Below are positions 9,167 to 19,300 of a stretch of DNA of 46,008 nucleotides, piece by piece (within the stretch, counting starts at the first letter, position 1; every line of letters starts with the position of its first letter). The DNA is from a virus. Lineage: Duplodnaviria; Caudoviricetes. Under the pieces are notes generated by a model, which saw only the letters and a program-made list of their open reading frames with translations, was not told the origin of the DNA and made no database searches. The stretch is taken from positions 1 through 46,008 of the IMG/VR virus record IMGVR_UViG_3300002301_000027, one strand, 5' to 3'. The translations under genes were made by a program, and so were the position numbers.

Positions 9167-9931
9167 ATGGGCACTCCAGTCACTACGATCATTAATGACG
9201 CCTACCGCGAGAGCAATCTCACGGGAGTAGGAGGTACGCCTACAACTGCCGAACAGGGGGAAGCTCTGGTGTTGCTTAACCGCTTCATCGATTCCCTCTG
9301 GGGTGCAGAGATGGGTGAAAATCTCATCAACATCCCATTCGGATTGAACAACGTAGTCACTCAGGGCATCCTGCCGATCTACTACAACGACATCATTAAC
9401 ACATTCGTCCCGATCAACACGAGACTTCTGTGTAACCTGACACAGGCAGAGGTAGTTAACATGCCCCCTCAACCTAACGACGGTACGAGGATGCAGTTCG
9501 TGGATGTCTCGGGGAACTTTCTGACTTACCCGTTGACCGTCGAAGGTAACGGCAGGAACATCCTCGGCAATCCGAACATCGTCCTCTCCGCGAATAACTA
9601 CAACCAAGTCTTTTTCTATAGGGCAGATCTTGCTAACTGGGAAAAGGTTTCTGACCTCCTCCTCACTGACGTCTCGCCCTTCCCTGAAGAGTTTGACGAC
9701 TTCATCATCATCGGGCTAGCCGACCGGATCAATGTCCGTAACGGTATCCAGATGTCTCCGGAGTCGGCTACACGTTACAAGAGATGTAAGGGTCAGTTCT
9801 ATTCACGGTACGCACAGGTCACTCAAGTTCCTGTCGAGATGGGTCTACAGCGTCTCCCGAGTAACAAGGCTTACAGGAACTTCGACGCGTATACTTGGGG
9901 AAGTTTCCAGCGCGGTATCCCTTGGTGGTAA
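9167..9931 (+). CDS. Head-tail adaptor (P22 gp4-like position)
   Basis: N-terminal IINDAYRE...EALVLLNRFIDS and C-terminal FPEEFDDF..LA patterns; synteny. Confidence 0.65.
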   Translation: MGTPVTTIINDAYRESNLTGVGGTPTTAEQGEALVLLNRFIDSLWGAEMGENLINIPFGLNNVVTQGILPIYYNDIINTFVPINTRLLCNLTQAEVVNMPPQPNDGTRMQFVDVSGNFLTYPLTVEGNGRNILGNPNIVLSANNYNQVFFYRADLANWEKVSDLLLTDVSPFPEEFDDFIIIGLADRINVRNGIQMSPESATRYKRCKGQFYSRYAQVTQVPVEMGLQRLPSNKAYRNFDAYTWGSFQRGIPWW

Positions 9932-9958
9932 GACTTCGTCAAGGAAGAAAGAACTAAC

Positions 9959-11233
9959 ATGGTAGATATCCCATTTGTAACTGGTGACTACTACCGTTCC
10001 GTCGCTGACTCTCCGTCTGCTTACGTCCGTAACCGGTTCATGGAAGAGAACCCCGCTCTTAACGATAACAAGACGGCGTTCATTGCTCGTCCCGGTCTAC
10101 AGAAGTTTGTAGAAATTGGGACAGGTCCGATCCGTCGAGTCTATTCCTCGGAAGGGACTTTCGGGAGTGACATCTTCGTCGTATCAGGTCTCTTCCTTTG
10201 GCGACTGAAGACAGACGGGACGTTTCATTCGATTGGACAGATCAGTCAGGTAATCACTGACGCAGTCTCTATGGCTGCTACTGCTCCTCTCGGAAGCACT
10301 CCTAACTTTCTTTACATCGCAGACGGTGGACTACTCTGGTATTACACTGACGACGCACAGGCCACGGGCGATCTAAATGCCACTGGTTTGATTGTCAATG
10401 GTGATACAGTCAAGATCGATACGGTGTACTACAAGTGGACAAGTGGTTCAGTCGATGCGGGTGCTCCTGCCGGGACTTCTACAAACCCTTGGCTAGTCAA
10501 GCTCGGTCTTACATCTGGTAACTCATTGACTGAGTTGTTTTACGCAATTAACGCATCTGGAACAGCCGGTACTGACTACAGCACGGCACTCCTAGCCCAT
10601 CCGACTTGTACAGCTTATAACAGTGACACAACCGACCTCTTCGTCCAGTACAACACTTACGGAGCTCTCGGTAACGCCACGGCTACTACTGTCGTAACAG
10701 GAGGTGGTCACCTGTCTTGGTTGAACGGTTCTCTACTGACTAATGGTGGCGGAGAAGAACTTCGGCAAGTCCAAGTCCCGGATGATAACGGCAGCATCTC
10801 TGTCGCGTACATCAACGGCTATATTATTACTGTCCCTGTCCAGACGGACAATATCATGGGTAGATTCTATTGGATCAATCCCGGGTCTAACACTATCGAT
10901 CCATTGAACTTTGCAACGGCAGAGCGATCACCAGACGGTATTACACAATGTCTCGTCTTTGGTGATATGTTTTGGTTGATGGGACAGAATACGACAGAAC
11001 CTTGGATCACTACGGGGGTCTTTGCTACTCCTATGGAGAGGTACCAAGGTATCCTCTACGACAGGGGTTGTTGGCCCGATACGGCCGTACAAGTCAAAGA
11101 CTCACTCATCCTTGTAGATGAAGACGGCGCAGTCTTCCAAATCAAATCTGGTCAGAATAGAATCTCGACCCCGGCCATAGAAGAACGAATTCGACTGGCA
11201 CTTCAACGTCAGGGCTTCGTACCCTCTCTTTAA
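9959..11233 (+). CDS. Tail hub / DNA stabilisation protein, P22 gp10-like, N-terminal part
   Basis: Motifs RPGL, GPIR, FATAERSPDG, TTEPW, GC and RISTPAIE. Confidence 0.75.
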   Translation: MVDIPFVTGDYYRSVADSPSAYVRNRFMEENPALNDNKTAFIARPGLQKFVEIGTGPIRRVYSSEGTFGSDIFVVSGLFLWRLKTDGTFHSIGQISQVITDAVSMAATAPLGSTPNFLYIADGGLLWYYTDDAQATGDLNATGLIVNGDTVKIDTVYYKWTSGSVDAGAPAGTSTNPWLVKLGLTSGNSLTELFYAINASGTAGTDYSTALLAHPTCTAYNSDTTDLFVQYNTYGALGNATATTVVTGGGHLSWLNGSLLTNGGGEELRQVQVPDDNGSISVAYINGYIITVPVQTDNIMGRFYWINPGSNTIDPLNFATAERSPDGITQCLVFGDMFWLMGQNTTEPWITTGVFATPMERYQGILYDRGCWPDTAVQVKDSLILVDEDGAVFQIKSGQNRISTPAIEERIRLALQRQGFVPSL

Positions 11234-11245
11234 TTAAGGACGAAT

Positions 11246-12328
11246 ATGAGTATCCAATGGGCAGATAGCTATGGCTGGTGTGGTACTGGCGCGGGGAGTC
11301 TGACGTATCTTCTCTCTGGTACACCTTATGGTAACCTACAGAATCAGGCGGATTTTCCGGGAGGTGTCATAGCCGATCCAGTCGTCAGCGGTCAGTACTG
11401 TCTACAAGTAGGTCAGTCGCTTTCTAACTATGACAACGACGACAACTCGTTGAACCTTCCCGTTCCCACCAACGCTGTTGGCATGGCGAAGCGTTGGTAT
11501 GCCTCCGGAGGTCCTCAGAGGTCTCCGATGCAGTGGAGCGACGTCCATGGTGACATCCTCTACCGTCTCGTCTCTGAAGTAAATGGAGCCCTTTCGATCT
11601 ATGGCCCGGGTGCCTTAGGAGCAGGCTTGACACCATTGGCGACTACGACTATCCCTGTCATTACGTTCAATACGTGGTGGCATATCGAAGCCATGGTCGA
11701 CTACGTCCTAGGTGTGATCAATGTCTACGTCGAAGGCGTCCCAGTCCTGACGTACACTTTCCCGCCTAATAGCTTGATGACGGTCTATGTCGTCGGTTGG
11801 TCTCCTCGCTACGGGGAAGGTTCTCCGGGAGGTACTATCCTACAGAAGGACTTTGTCGTATACGACAAGGGCGGCACTGTCAATAACGTAGCAGGCGCCA
11901 TAGGCCCATGTACAATCCAGCGATTGACTTTGAAGACCGACGTCTCTAACGGCTGGACTATAACCGGTGGTAGTACTGTATCTGGCACTATCGGAGGCAA
12001 TCTTCCTGTAGACGGATCGAAATATATCTCTGCGGGTACAGGCCCAATCCCTGCTCCCGCTGTCTGCACAATCAACCCTCTTCCTACCAATACTGTAGGG
12101 GTCCGAGGGATTATGTCTCTCCAGCGTGTCCAGAAAAGTGACGGCGGTGACGCCAACTACCAAATCAACATCAAGTCAGGAAGTAGTACACATACCGGGA
12201 CGAACCATGCCCTCTCAACTTCGTACAATTACCAGTGGGACGTAGTCGAACTCGACCCAGCAACTGGGGGTCTTTTCTCTCCCACCGCAGTCAACAACTT
12301 GACCATCGGAATTAACAGGACGGTTTAA
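11246..12328 (+). CDS. Tail-associated beta-sandwich (ConA/lectin-like) protein
   Basis: WWHIEA..D....INVYVEG pattern; lies between the two gp10-like halves. Confidence 0.6.
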   Translation: MSIQWADSYGWCGTGAGSLTYLLSGTPYGNLQNQADFPGGVIADPVVSGQYCLQVGQSLSNYDNDDNSLNLPVPTNAVGMAKRWYASGGPQRSPMQWSDVHGDILYRLVSEVNGALSIYGPGALGAGLTPLATTTIPVITFNTWWHIEAMVDYVLGVINVYVEGVPVLTYTFPPNSLMTVYVVGWSPRYGEGSPGGTILQKDFVVYDKGGTVNNVAGAIGPCTIQRLTLKTDVSNGWTITGGSTVSGTIGGNLPVDGSKYISAGTGPIPAPAVCTINPLPTNTVGVRGIMSLQRVQKSDGGDANYQINIKSGSSTHTGTNHALSTSYNYQWDVVELDPATGGLFSPTAVNNLTIGINRTV

Positions 12329-13122
12329 TGCCTATTGCAGCGACAATCAGTGCCTCACAGGAACAAGTACTTGTCGTTGGGGCATTTCCCGCCCAAGACG
12401 TCAACTCTAGTCAGTTCCAGATCGAGAGTGTTGTCCAACCTAGTAACGTCATCGACGCGTCACAGATTGGTCTGTTCGTTATTGCAAGAGGTAGTAACAC
12501 AGACCCTTCTGTCCGGGCGTGGACGTTTACTCTAGACGGCCATAACTACTACGTCCTTCGTCTCGGTACTCAGGAGACACTAGTCTATGACGAACACGCA
12601 GGACAGTGGTATACTTGGTCGTCTGGTGATCTCAATATCTGGAACGCCTATAACGGCCAGAACTGGCATGGTGGTGAAAGTTGGGCGTATACTTACGGGA
12701 GTAACGTCCTTGTTGGTGACGATGGTAACGGGAGTATTTACTTTCTCAACCCGACCCAAGACACGGACGACTCTCCGGTCTACGGTTCAGAAAACCCTAT
12801 ACCTTTCCGTCGAGAGGTCTATGGTCAGCTACCGTTCCGTGGTTATAAAAAGATTCCGTGTTTCGGTGTACAGATACAGGGGTCGATTGGTGAGCAGACG
12901 AATACGACTATCACTGGTGTGGACTTGTCTGTTTCAGACGACCGAGGTACTTCCTACCAAGACTGTGGGACTATCTCAATCACTCCCGGAGACATCGACT
13001 CTCGCCTGTACTGGCGTTCTCTAGGGGCTATGAAAGTACCCGGCAGGATATTCAAGGTTACGGATTACGGGGCTTTGAAAAGAGTAGACAGCATGGAGAT
13101 GCTCGATGGCAGCGGGAAATAA
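12328..13122 (+). CDS. Tail hub protein, P22 gp10-like, C-terminal part
   Basis: Motifs GHNYYVL..TLVYD...W, SDDRG.SY and RLYWRSLG..RIF. Confidence 0.7.
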   Translation: MPIAATISASQEQVLVVGAFPAQDVNSSQFQIESVVQPSNVIDASQIGLFVIARGSNTDPSVRAWTFTLDGHNYYVLRLGTQETLVYDEHAGQWYTWSSGDLNIWNAYNGQNWHGGESWAYTYGSNVLVGDDGNGSIYFLNPTQDTDDSPVYGSENPIPFRREVYGQLPFRGYKKIPCFGVQIQGSIGEQTNTTITGVDLSVSDDRGTSYQDCGTISITPGDIDSRLYWRSLGAMKVPGRIFKVTDYGALKRVDSMEMLDGSGK

Positions 13123-14050
13123 CTCGGCGACTCCGGTCACTCCGATCCAGCCACTTCAACAACGATTCCCGATTACGAATCAGGACGGCACGGCCTCGGA
13201 CTACTTCATGAGGTACATCCTCAACCACTCCGGCCAGATCACGAGTAACACTTTTGACATAACGGCTGTTAAACAAGCCTCTGTCCTTGGGACTGCCGGT
13301 GAAATTCTGGTTACTCCTACGTCTGGACTGATCGTCGACAATCCAGTCCTGTCTCTTGCAGACACTGCCGTTACTCCGGGAAGCTATACAAATAGTAACA
13401 TCACGGTAGATCAGTTCGGCAGGGTAACGGCAGCAAGTGATGGATCTGGTGGTAGTGGTGGAAGTAGTTGGGATTTTCTACCACCGAAAGCGATAGATTT
13501 CCCTATCCTAAATAGTGGCGACGGGACAAACGTAATCTTAGCCGATGATGCTGATGTAGGGCTCCTAGTATATAGTAATACTGTTGGTACAGGAGACGTC
13601 TATCGAGGGGCTTTTAAAGTAGTTCCGGCTGGAGACTTTTCAGTAACAACCAAAGTCGAGACACTGTCTTACTCTGCAAATTATATGGGTTGCGCTATTT
13701 CACTCTGGAATAGCAGTACCAATAAAGTAGTAGGTATAGGCACCGAGTGTAACAGTGGAGGAAGATTTTATCAAGTCCACCAACGCCAATTCCCCAGTGG
13801 TTATAACGGCAATATATTTCAGATCAACGAAGCGACTTCAGGACAAGGATGGTGGTATCGCGTTAGTCGGACTGGAACGACGTTACTCTGGGAAATCTCC
13901 ATCGACGGTAAATTGTGGTCATCGGCTTATACTTCTAATGACACGTCGTACTTTGGAACTACCCCTGATCGTATAGGTTTCGGGTGTTGGTTTTCGTCTT
14001 CTCCGACCACTGTCAATCAGTCTATACCATATTGGAAACAGAGTTGGTGA
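13106..14050 (+). CDS. Tail fibre/needle with C-terminal receptor-binding-like domain
   Basis: Fibre repeat VTPGSYTNSNITVDQFGRVTAA, Gly linker, and a lectin-like C-terminus. Confidence 0.7.
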   Translation: MAAGNNSATPVTPIQPLQQRFPITNQDGTASDYFMRYILNHSGQITSNTFDITAVKQASVLGTAGEILVTPTSGLIVDNPVLSLADTAVTPGSYTNSNITVDQFGRVTAASDGSGGSGGSSWDFLPPKAIDFPILNSGDGTNVILADDADVGLLVYSNTVGTGDVYRGAFKVVPAGDFSVTTKVETLSYSANYMGCAISLWNSSTNKVVGIGTECNSGGRFYQVHQRQFPSGYNGNIFQINEATSGQGWWYRVSRTGTTLLWEISIDGKLWSSAYTSNDTSYFGTTPDRIGFGCWFSSSPTTVNQSIPYWKQSW

Positions 14051-14493
14051 TGATAGCAGAGACTCGAGACTACGACACAATCAACCCGTTGATGGAGTTA
14101 CATCGAGATATCGTCGGTGACTTCGATCTCCAGAAGTGGTTGGACGACGACAGGAACCTCGCCTTCGTAGACGACAAGGGCAACATAGGCCTACTCGAAT
14201 ACGACAGAGACAAACTGTATAACTCACATCTCTTCTTTCATAGTCGAGGCCGAGACGCGATACTCCGTGCCAAGGCCATGATCCTGAACGCCTTCGACAA
14301 CTATCCCGTCCTAGTCATGCGGGGGTATACACCACTGACTAACCGGGCAGCCCGCTGGGTCGACCGTCAACTCGGGTTCACAAGCTACGGCAAGATCCAT
14401 ATGAATGGAACGCCCGACTGCGAACTCTTCCTTTTAACTAAACAAGAATTTGAGGATAAGCATGGGCGGACTCTTAGGCGGCTCTTCGCATAA
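14050..14493 (+). CDS. GNAT-fold protein, P22 gp14/DUF2824-like
   Basis: H.FF..RGR and GYTPLTNRAA....LGF motifs; TGATG overlap; lies before the ejection genes. Confidence 0.65.
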   Translation: MIAETRDYDTINPLMELHRDIVGDFDLQKWLDDDRNLAFVDDKGNIGLLEYDRDKLYNSHLFFHSRGRDAILRAKAMILNAFDNYPVLVMRGYTPLTNRAARWVDRQLGFTSYGKIHMNGTPDCELFLLTKQEFEDKHGRTLRRLFA

Positions 14494-14962
14494 CCAGTCA
14501 TCTAACCAGAACTTCGGGGCGTCGCAAGCCGCACTAGGAAGTACTGCCAACCAGACAGGGGCGGCCGCGTCTGCTATTCAGGCGTTGCTTGGTAACGGCG
14601 GATCGGCGGCCCAACAGGCTGGTTTCAATAACTTCAAGAACAGTTCGGGATATAACTTCGATCTGTCTCAGGGCTCGCAGGCTATTACCGGCAATGCCGC
14701 AGCCAACGGTCTTCTGAACTCCGGAAGTACGGCAAAGGCTCTGTCTAACTACGGACAGAACACGGCCAATAACTTCCTCCAGCAGTACATCCAGAACCAG
14801 ATGGGTCTCGGAGGCCTCGGTATCTCTGCCAATAACTCGATCAACGGTGCTGGTCAACAGTCCTCTGGTTCGAGCAAGGGCGGTCTCGGTGCCGGAGCAG
14901 GCTCAGTAGGTGCAGGTCTTACTAGCGGTGGTCTTTCACTGCTTGGTAATATGTTGAGTTAA
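14462..14962 (+). CDS. DNA ejection protein, gp7-like
   Basis: Gly/Asn/Gln-rich; motif SGYNF..SQG..A....AA.GLL.SG.T.KAL..YGQ. Confidence 0.75.
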   Translation: MGGLLGGSSHNQSSNQNFGASQAALGSTANQTGAAASAIQALLGNGGSAAQQAGFNNFKNSSGYNFDLSQGSQAITGNAAANGLLNSGSTAKALSNYGQNTANNFLQQYIQNQMGLGGLGISANNSINGAGQQSSGSSKGGLGAGAGSVGAGLTSGGLSLLGNMLS

Positions 14963-14971
14963 GGACAAGAG

Positions 14972-16363
14972 ATGAACTTCGGTGATCTATTCAATCAGTT
15001 GGGATTCTCTACGAGCGGTAACACCGCCCAAGACCCTAACTCTCTCGCCGCTGTACAACAACAGCAGTTGATGCAACTTCAACAGAGTCAGCAGCCTCAG
15101 TATGGCCGGGGTAGCCCCCCTCTTCTGAATCCGGATCATCCGTTGACGCAGGCGTTGATGGCGTCGCTGTCACCGCAGGGTACTCCACCTGCAGTAGGGG
15201 CCGGGGTATCTATACCTACGGCAGCTCCTGTCGAGACGCCTGTCGATCTGAATAACCCCGACAATGTCATTCAAGCGACGGCGCATCTACCTCCTCGGCA
15301 GAAGTCCCAACCCCCTATCCCGGGGTCTCAGACTCCTACTGGTGGTCCAATCATTCCTACTGGAGTTCCACAAGACGGCGTCGCTACTCCGGGCGTTGCT
15401 ACAAACCCCAACGCACTCTTCGGCCTTGTCCACGGTACGCCTGCGAAGGTTCTGAATAACTTTGTCGACGCCTTTTATACAGGTAGGGGACTCCAACCAC
15501 CTAACTACGACAAGGTCTTGCTTCAGCAGGAAGCCAACGCACTCCAAGGCTTTACCGATCACCCGATGGAGGCTATTCAAAGGCTGGCACAGGTCGATCC
15601 TCAGGGCGCTCAGGGTATGTACATGAAGCAGCTCGAAGCTGCCCGTGTCGGTCAGGCCGCTACAGACGCACACGCCACAGCGAATAACGCCCTACAGAAT
15701 AACGTCCTAGGGGCTGCCGGTAGGCTCTTGAGTAACTCTACTCCGGACAACTACGCCGACCATTACAAGCTCGCGCAGGGCATAGCCGGAAGAAACGGTT
15801 TCACGTTAGACAATCTCGCTGTCCCTGCGCCTGAAGACGTAGCCGCCGGTAAGGGTGTCGTAAAGAACGCCGACGGTACTACTGCTTGGGACCCCGATAC
15901 CCAGAGGACTCTGTCGACTGCCAGTAACTATGGCACTCCGGCCTATCGTGTAGAGAACAGTCAGTCGTCTGCTACTGCGGCGAACGCAAGAGCGACACTG
16001 GCTAAGGTGGCAGAAAGTACCGCGCCTTCACTCATTGCCCTTCGTCAGGCTCAGGCAGGTGCTCTCGGCAAGAACGCCAGTACGGCAGCACTCCGTGCGG
16101 GTATAGACGCAGACTATAAGAGTGGTCTACTCGATAACGACCTGTACACTGAAGGTCTACGCCAACTCGGTATCTTGTCTGCGAACCCACAACTCGCTGG
16201 TAAGATTCCTCCACCCCCTACTCCTCATACGATTCGTGGGGCTAGTGGCGGGGCCGCTCCGCCGCAGCAGTCTTCCGACCCTGTCGTCGCAAGCGGCAAA
16301 AGCAAAAGCACTGGTCAGACGTTCTACAAGCACAGGTCTGGTGCAATCTCTAGTACTCCTTAA
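14972..16363 (+). CDS. Internal virion/ejection protein (gp20-like position)
   Basis: Pro/Gln/Ala-rich 463 aa protein; synteny. Confidence 0.6.
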   Translation: MNFGDLFNQLGFSTSGNTAQDPNSLAAVQQQQLMQLQQSQQPQYGRGSPPLLNPDHPLTQALMASLSPQGTPPAVGAGVSIPTAAPVETPVDLNNPDNVIQATAHLPPRQKSQPPIPGSQTPTGGPIIPTGVPQDGVATPGVATNPNALFGLVHGTPAKVLNNFVDAFYTGRGLQPPNYDKVLLQQEANALQGFTDHPMEAIQRLAQVDPQGAQGMYMKQLEAARVGQAATDAHATANNALQNNVLGAAGRLLSNSTPDNYADHYKLAQGIAGRNGFTLDNLAVPAPEDVAAGKGVVKNADGTTAWDPDTQRTLSTASNYGTPAYRVENSQSSATAANARATLAKVAESTAPSLIALRQAQAGALGKNASTAALRAGIDADYKSGLLDNDLYTEGLRQLGILSANPQLAGKIPPPPTPHTIRGASGGAAPPQQSSDPVVASGKSKSTGQTFYKHRSGAISSTP

Positions 16364-16372
16364 GGAAAACAA

Positions 16373-19300
16373 ATGGATACTCCAAATGATATCGTATGGG
16401 ACGACGCCCCGGCTCCTACGCCAGTAGCTCCTGTCACGGCTCCGGCGGTTCCGAATGATATCGTTTGGGGAAATCCTTCTCCTGCAGCTCCTGTCTCTTC
16501 TGTCCCTAATGACATAGAGTGGGGAGCACCTCAGGCACCTACGGCAGTAAATATTCCTCAACCACTGTTCGACCAACGTCGTGTCCAAGACGTTCAAGAC
16601 ACAGACCCTGAGCATCAGGCGTATCTAGATCCGAACCAGATCCAACAGCAGAACGCTGCCTATGCAGATATGTATGCCGCTGGACAGAGTAAGAATCTAG
16701 ATAGCTCCGCCGCAGCGGCAGCTATTAAGGCAAAGTATCCGATCCTTCAGAGCGCCGACCCCAAGACTATCCAGTGGTATATCGACCACTATCGTCAAGG
16801 GGGTAAGACCTTCCCCGACTTCACAGTCGCAGGGGACAAAGGGTTGACGGTTACTGGGAAGCAAGCTCCCGTCACGACGGCTCAGGCGATTGCCCAGCCC
16901 GTTGCCGACTTCTACACAGGCGTAGGCGAAGGGTTCGACACTCTCCACGACTCTGCCGGTAAGGCTATCATCCGTGGTATAGCGGCTTTAAAGGGTGGGG
17001 ACGCTCCTGAAAAGGCCGAGGCCGATATTAAAGACCTCGAAGATTCGTATGCCGATCAAAACTATACCAACCCGACTGGGTGGGGTCGCTTCTCAGGTAA
17101 CCTAGTAGGTTCCGGCGTCACCTTTGCCCCGGCTGTTGAAGCCGCCCCGTTTGCGGAGATGGGGGCTGGTGGCCAGATAGTGGATACGGCGTTGCAAGGC
17201 GCAGGTATCGGTGCCGCCAGCAGTGGTGGTAAAGACGTAGCTGCGAACACGGCACTCGGAGCTTTGACCGGCACTGCCCTCCACACAGGGTTGGGTGGTC
17301 TCACTACTGGTGTCGGTCTCGTAAAGGCGAATATCCCAGAGGGTCTCGCGTCCCACTTCAACGGTGACGGATCTTTCGCAGGATTGAAACGCGCCGTCTT
17401 TGGTACCGACAACCCCAAGGTAACGGCCCAGACCTTTGAACCTGAGTTCGTAAGCCCTGAAGCACCGTACTCAGCCAACAGAGCCGAGCATCTTGCTAAT
17501 ATTAAGGCTGCAGTCGATGACGTCACAGGAGGTTGGGACAACTCTCCCGACTTCAACATCATCGGTAGTACTAGGAATCTCACTAACGCGCAGCGGGCAG
17601 AGATTCGCCAAGGCGGTGCTAGAACTGGCGACGTCCAAGCGTGGTTAGGCGCCGACGGCAAAGTCAACGTCATTGCGAATAACATCGACAACCCGTCACA
17701 AATTCCTGCCATCCTCTACCACGAAGTGTCGGGTCACATCGGTCTGAACAAACAGTTCGGAGACGGGTTAGACGATCTCCTACAGAGAGTCTATGACACG
17801 AACTGGAGGGCTCGGCAGTACGCGAATGACTACGTCGAAAATAATCCCAACGTCTATAAGGACGATCCCTCTGGTCCTCACGTCCGTGCGACGGAAGAGT
17901 ACCTAGCGTCTCAGCAGGAACAGGGTCCGCAGACCTTGAACAACTGGGAGAAGGTTAAACAGTACGTCCGAGACTTCGGTAGGAACCAGCTCGGGATGGA
18001 CTTGCGGTACAACGACACCGACGTCAAGACTATCCTCCAACAGGCACATACCGCAGCGACAGGTGACTCAGGCAGAGTCTCTCTCAACGGCGGCAGATTC
18101 ATGTATGCAGGCAAGTCTTCGGCGGGTGATACAGTACCCATTAAACCAACAGCGGACAACACTCATGTCGACCGTCTTAGTGATGACGATTATACTGGAA
18201 CATATCATCCTGTTAATATCCGTGATCCTAAGACCGGAGAGGTCGTCTCTGCTGGTCGTGCCTATGTAGATCCCGAGACTGGGGCGTATCAGGGAAGTAC
18301 CTTGATGCATCCCTTGACAAAGGAAGTCCACACAGTCGACCCCGAGACTAGTTCACTCATCGAGAGTAAGCTTCCGTCCGCGAATAAAGAACTCGGTACT
18401 CCAGAGACATTTACTAGGTATGACGGTAAGCCGGGCGAGATCCCTGTCACGACGTATACTACTGACGAAGCAGAACGGTTGATTAACCAGCGTCTGAATC
18501 CTGACGACTCACCGAGGTTCTCTCTCCGTCGTAACGGTACAGAGTCTCTCTCTCGGATGGGTCAGGACATTGCTTCTGCTGTCCGTGACGAACAGAAAAC
18601 GGTCCAGACTTGGGAAGAATCTAAACGCCTAGCAGAGAATATGGGGCTTACACCCAGCAAGCTCTTTAAGACTAAGGTCTTCGACGCAAAGCCTGAGACA
18701 GCTCTTGCTATCTCGAAGGTTGTCGACGACTTGGTTGGTAAGTCTTCCAGCCTTGAAGAACGTGTAGCTCGTGGTACTAACACCGAGAAGGACCTCGAAA
18801 ACCAAACGAGGGTTCTCTATCAAGCCGTGCAAGCCCTTCAAATTCTTGAAGGACATAAGACAGACCTAGGCAGGTCTACCAACATCCTAAATGCCATTAA
18901 GGATATTCCGTACGATCAGTTGAAAGACATCGACATCGGGAGGTTGTCAGACCCTGAGTACGTCAAGGCGGTTACGTTCAAGCTGAACGAGTATAGAAAT
19001 AAGCCTCAGGCTCGTGCCGCTATCCTTCGGGGTATAGGAGAAAAGCTTCCCGAAGATGTCATCACTGGAATGCACTACGACTTGATGTTGTCAGGTCTTG
19101 ATACTCAGTCAAGGAATATTTTCGGCCAGACGACTAACCTTCTCGCGGATATGCTCGTCTCTAAGCCGATAGGTAAAGTCTTCGGTGAGACGAATAACGC
19201 ATTGAAGGCTATTACCGGAGTCGGTGAGAAGTCTGAGACGATGTCTATGCGTGAGTATGGAGCTCGTTGGGGTGGTATCATGAGGTCGTTGTCTGACCTC

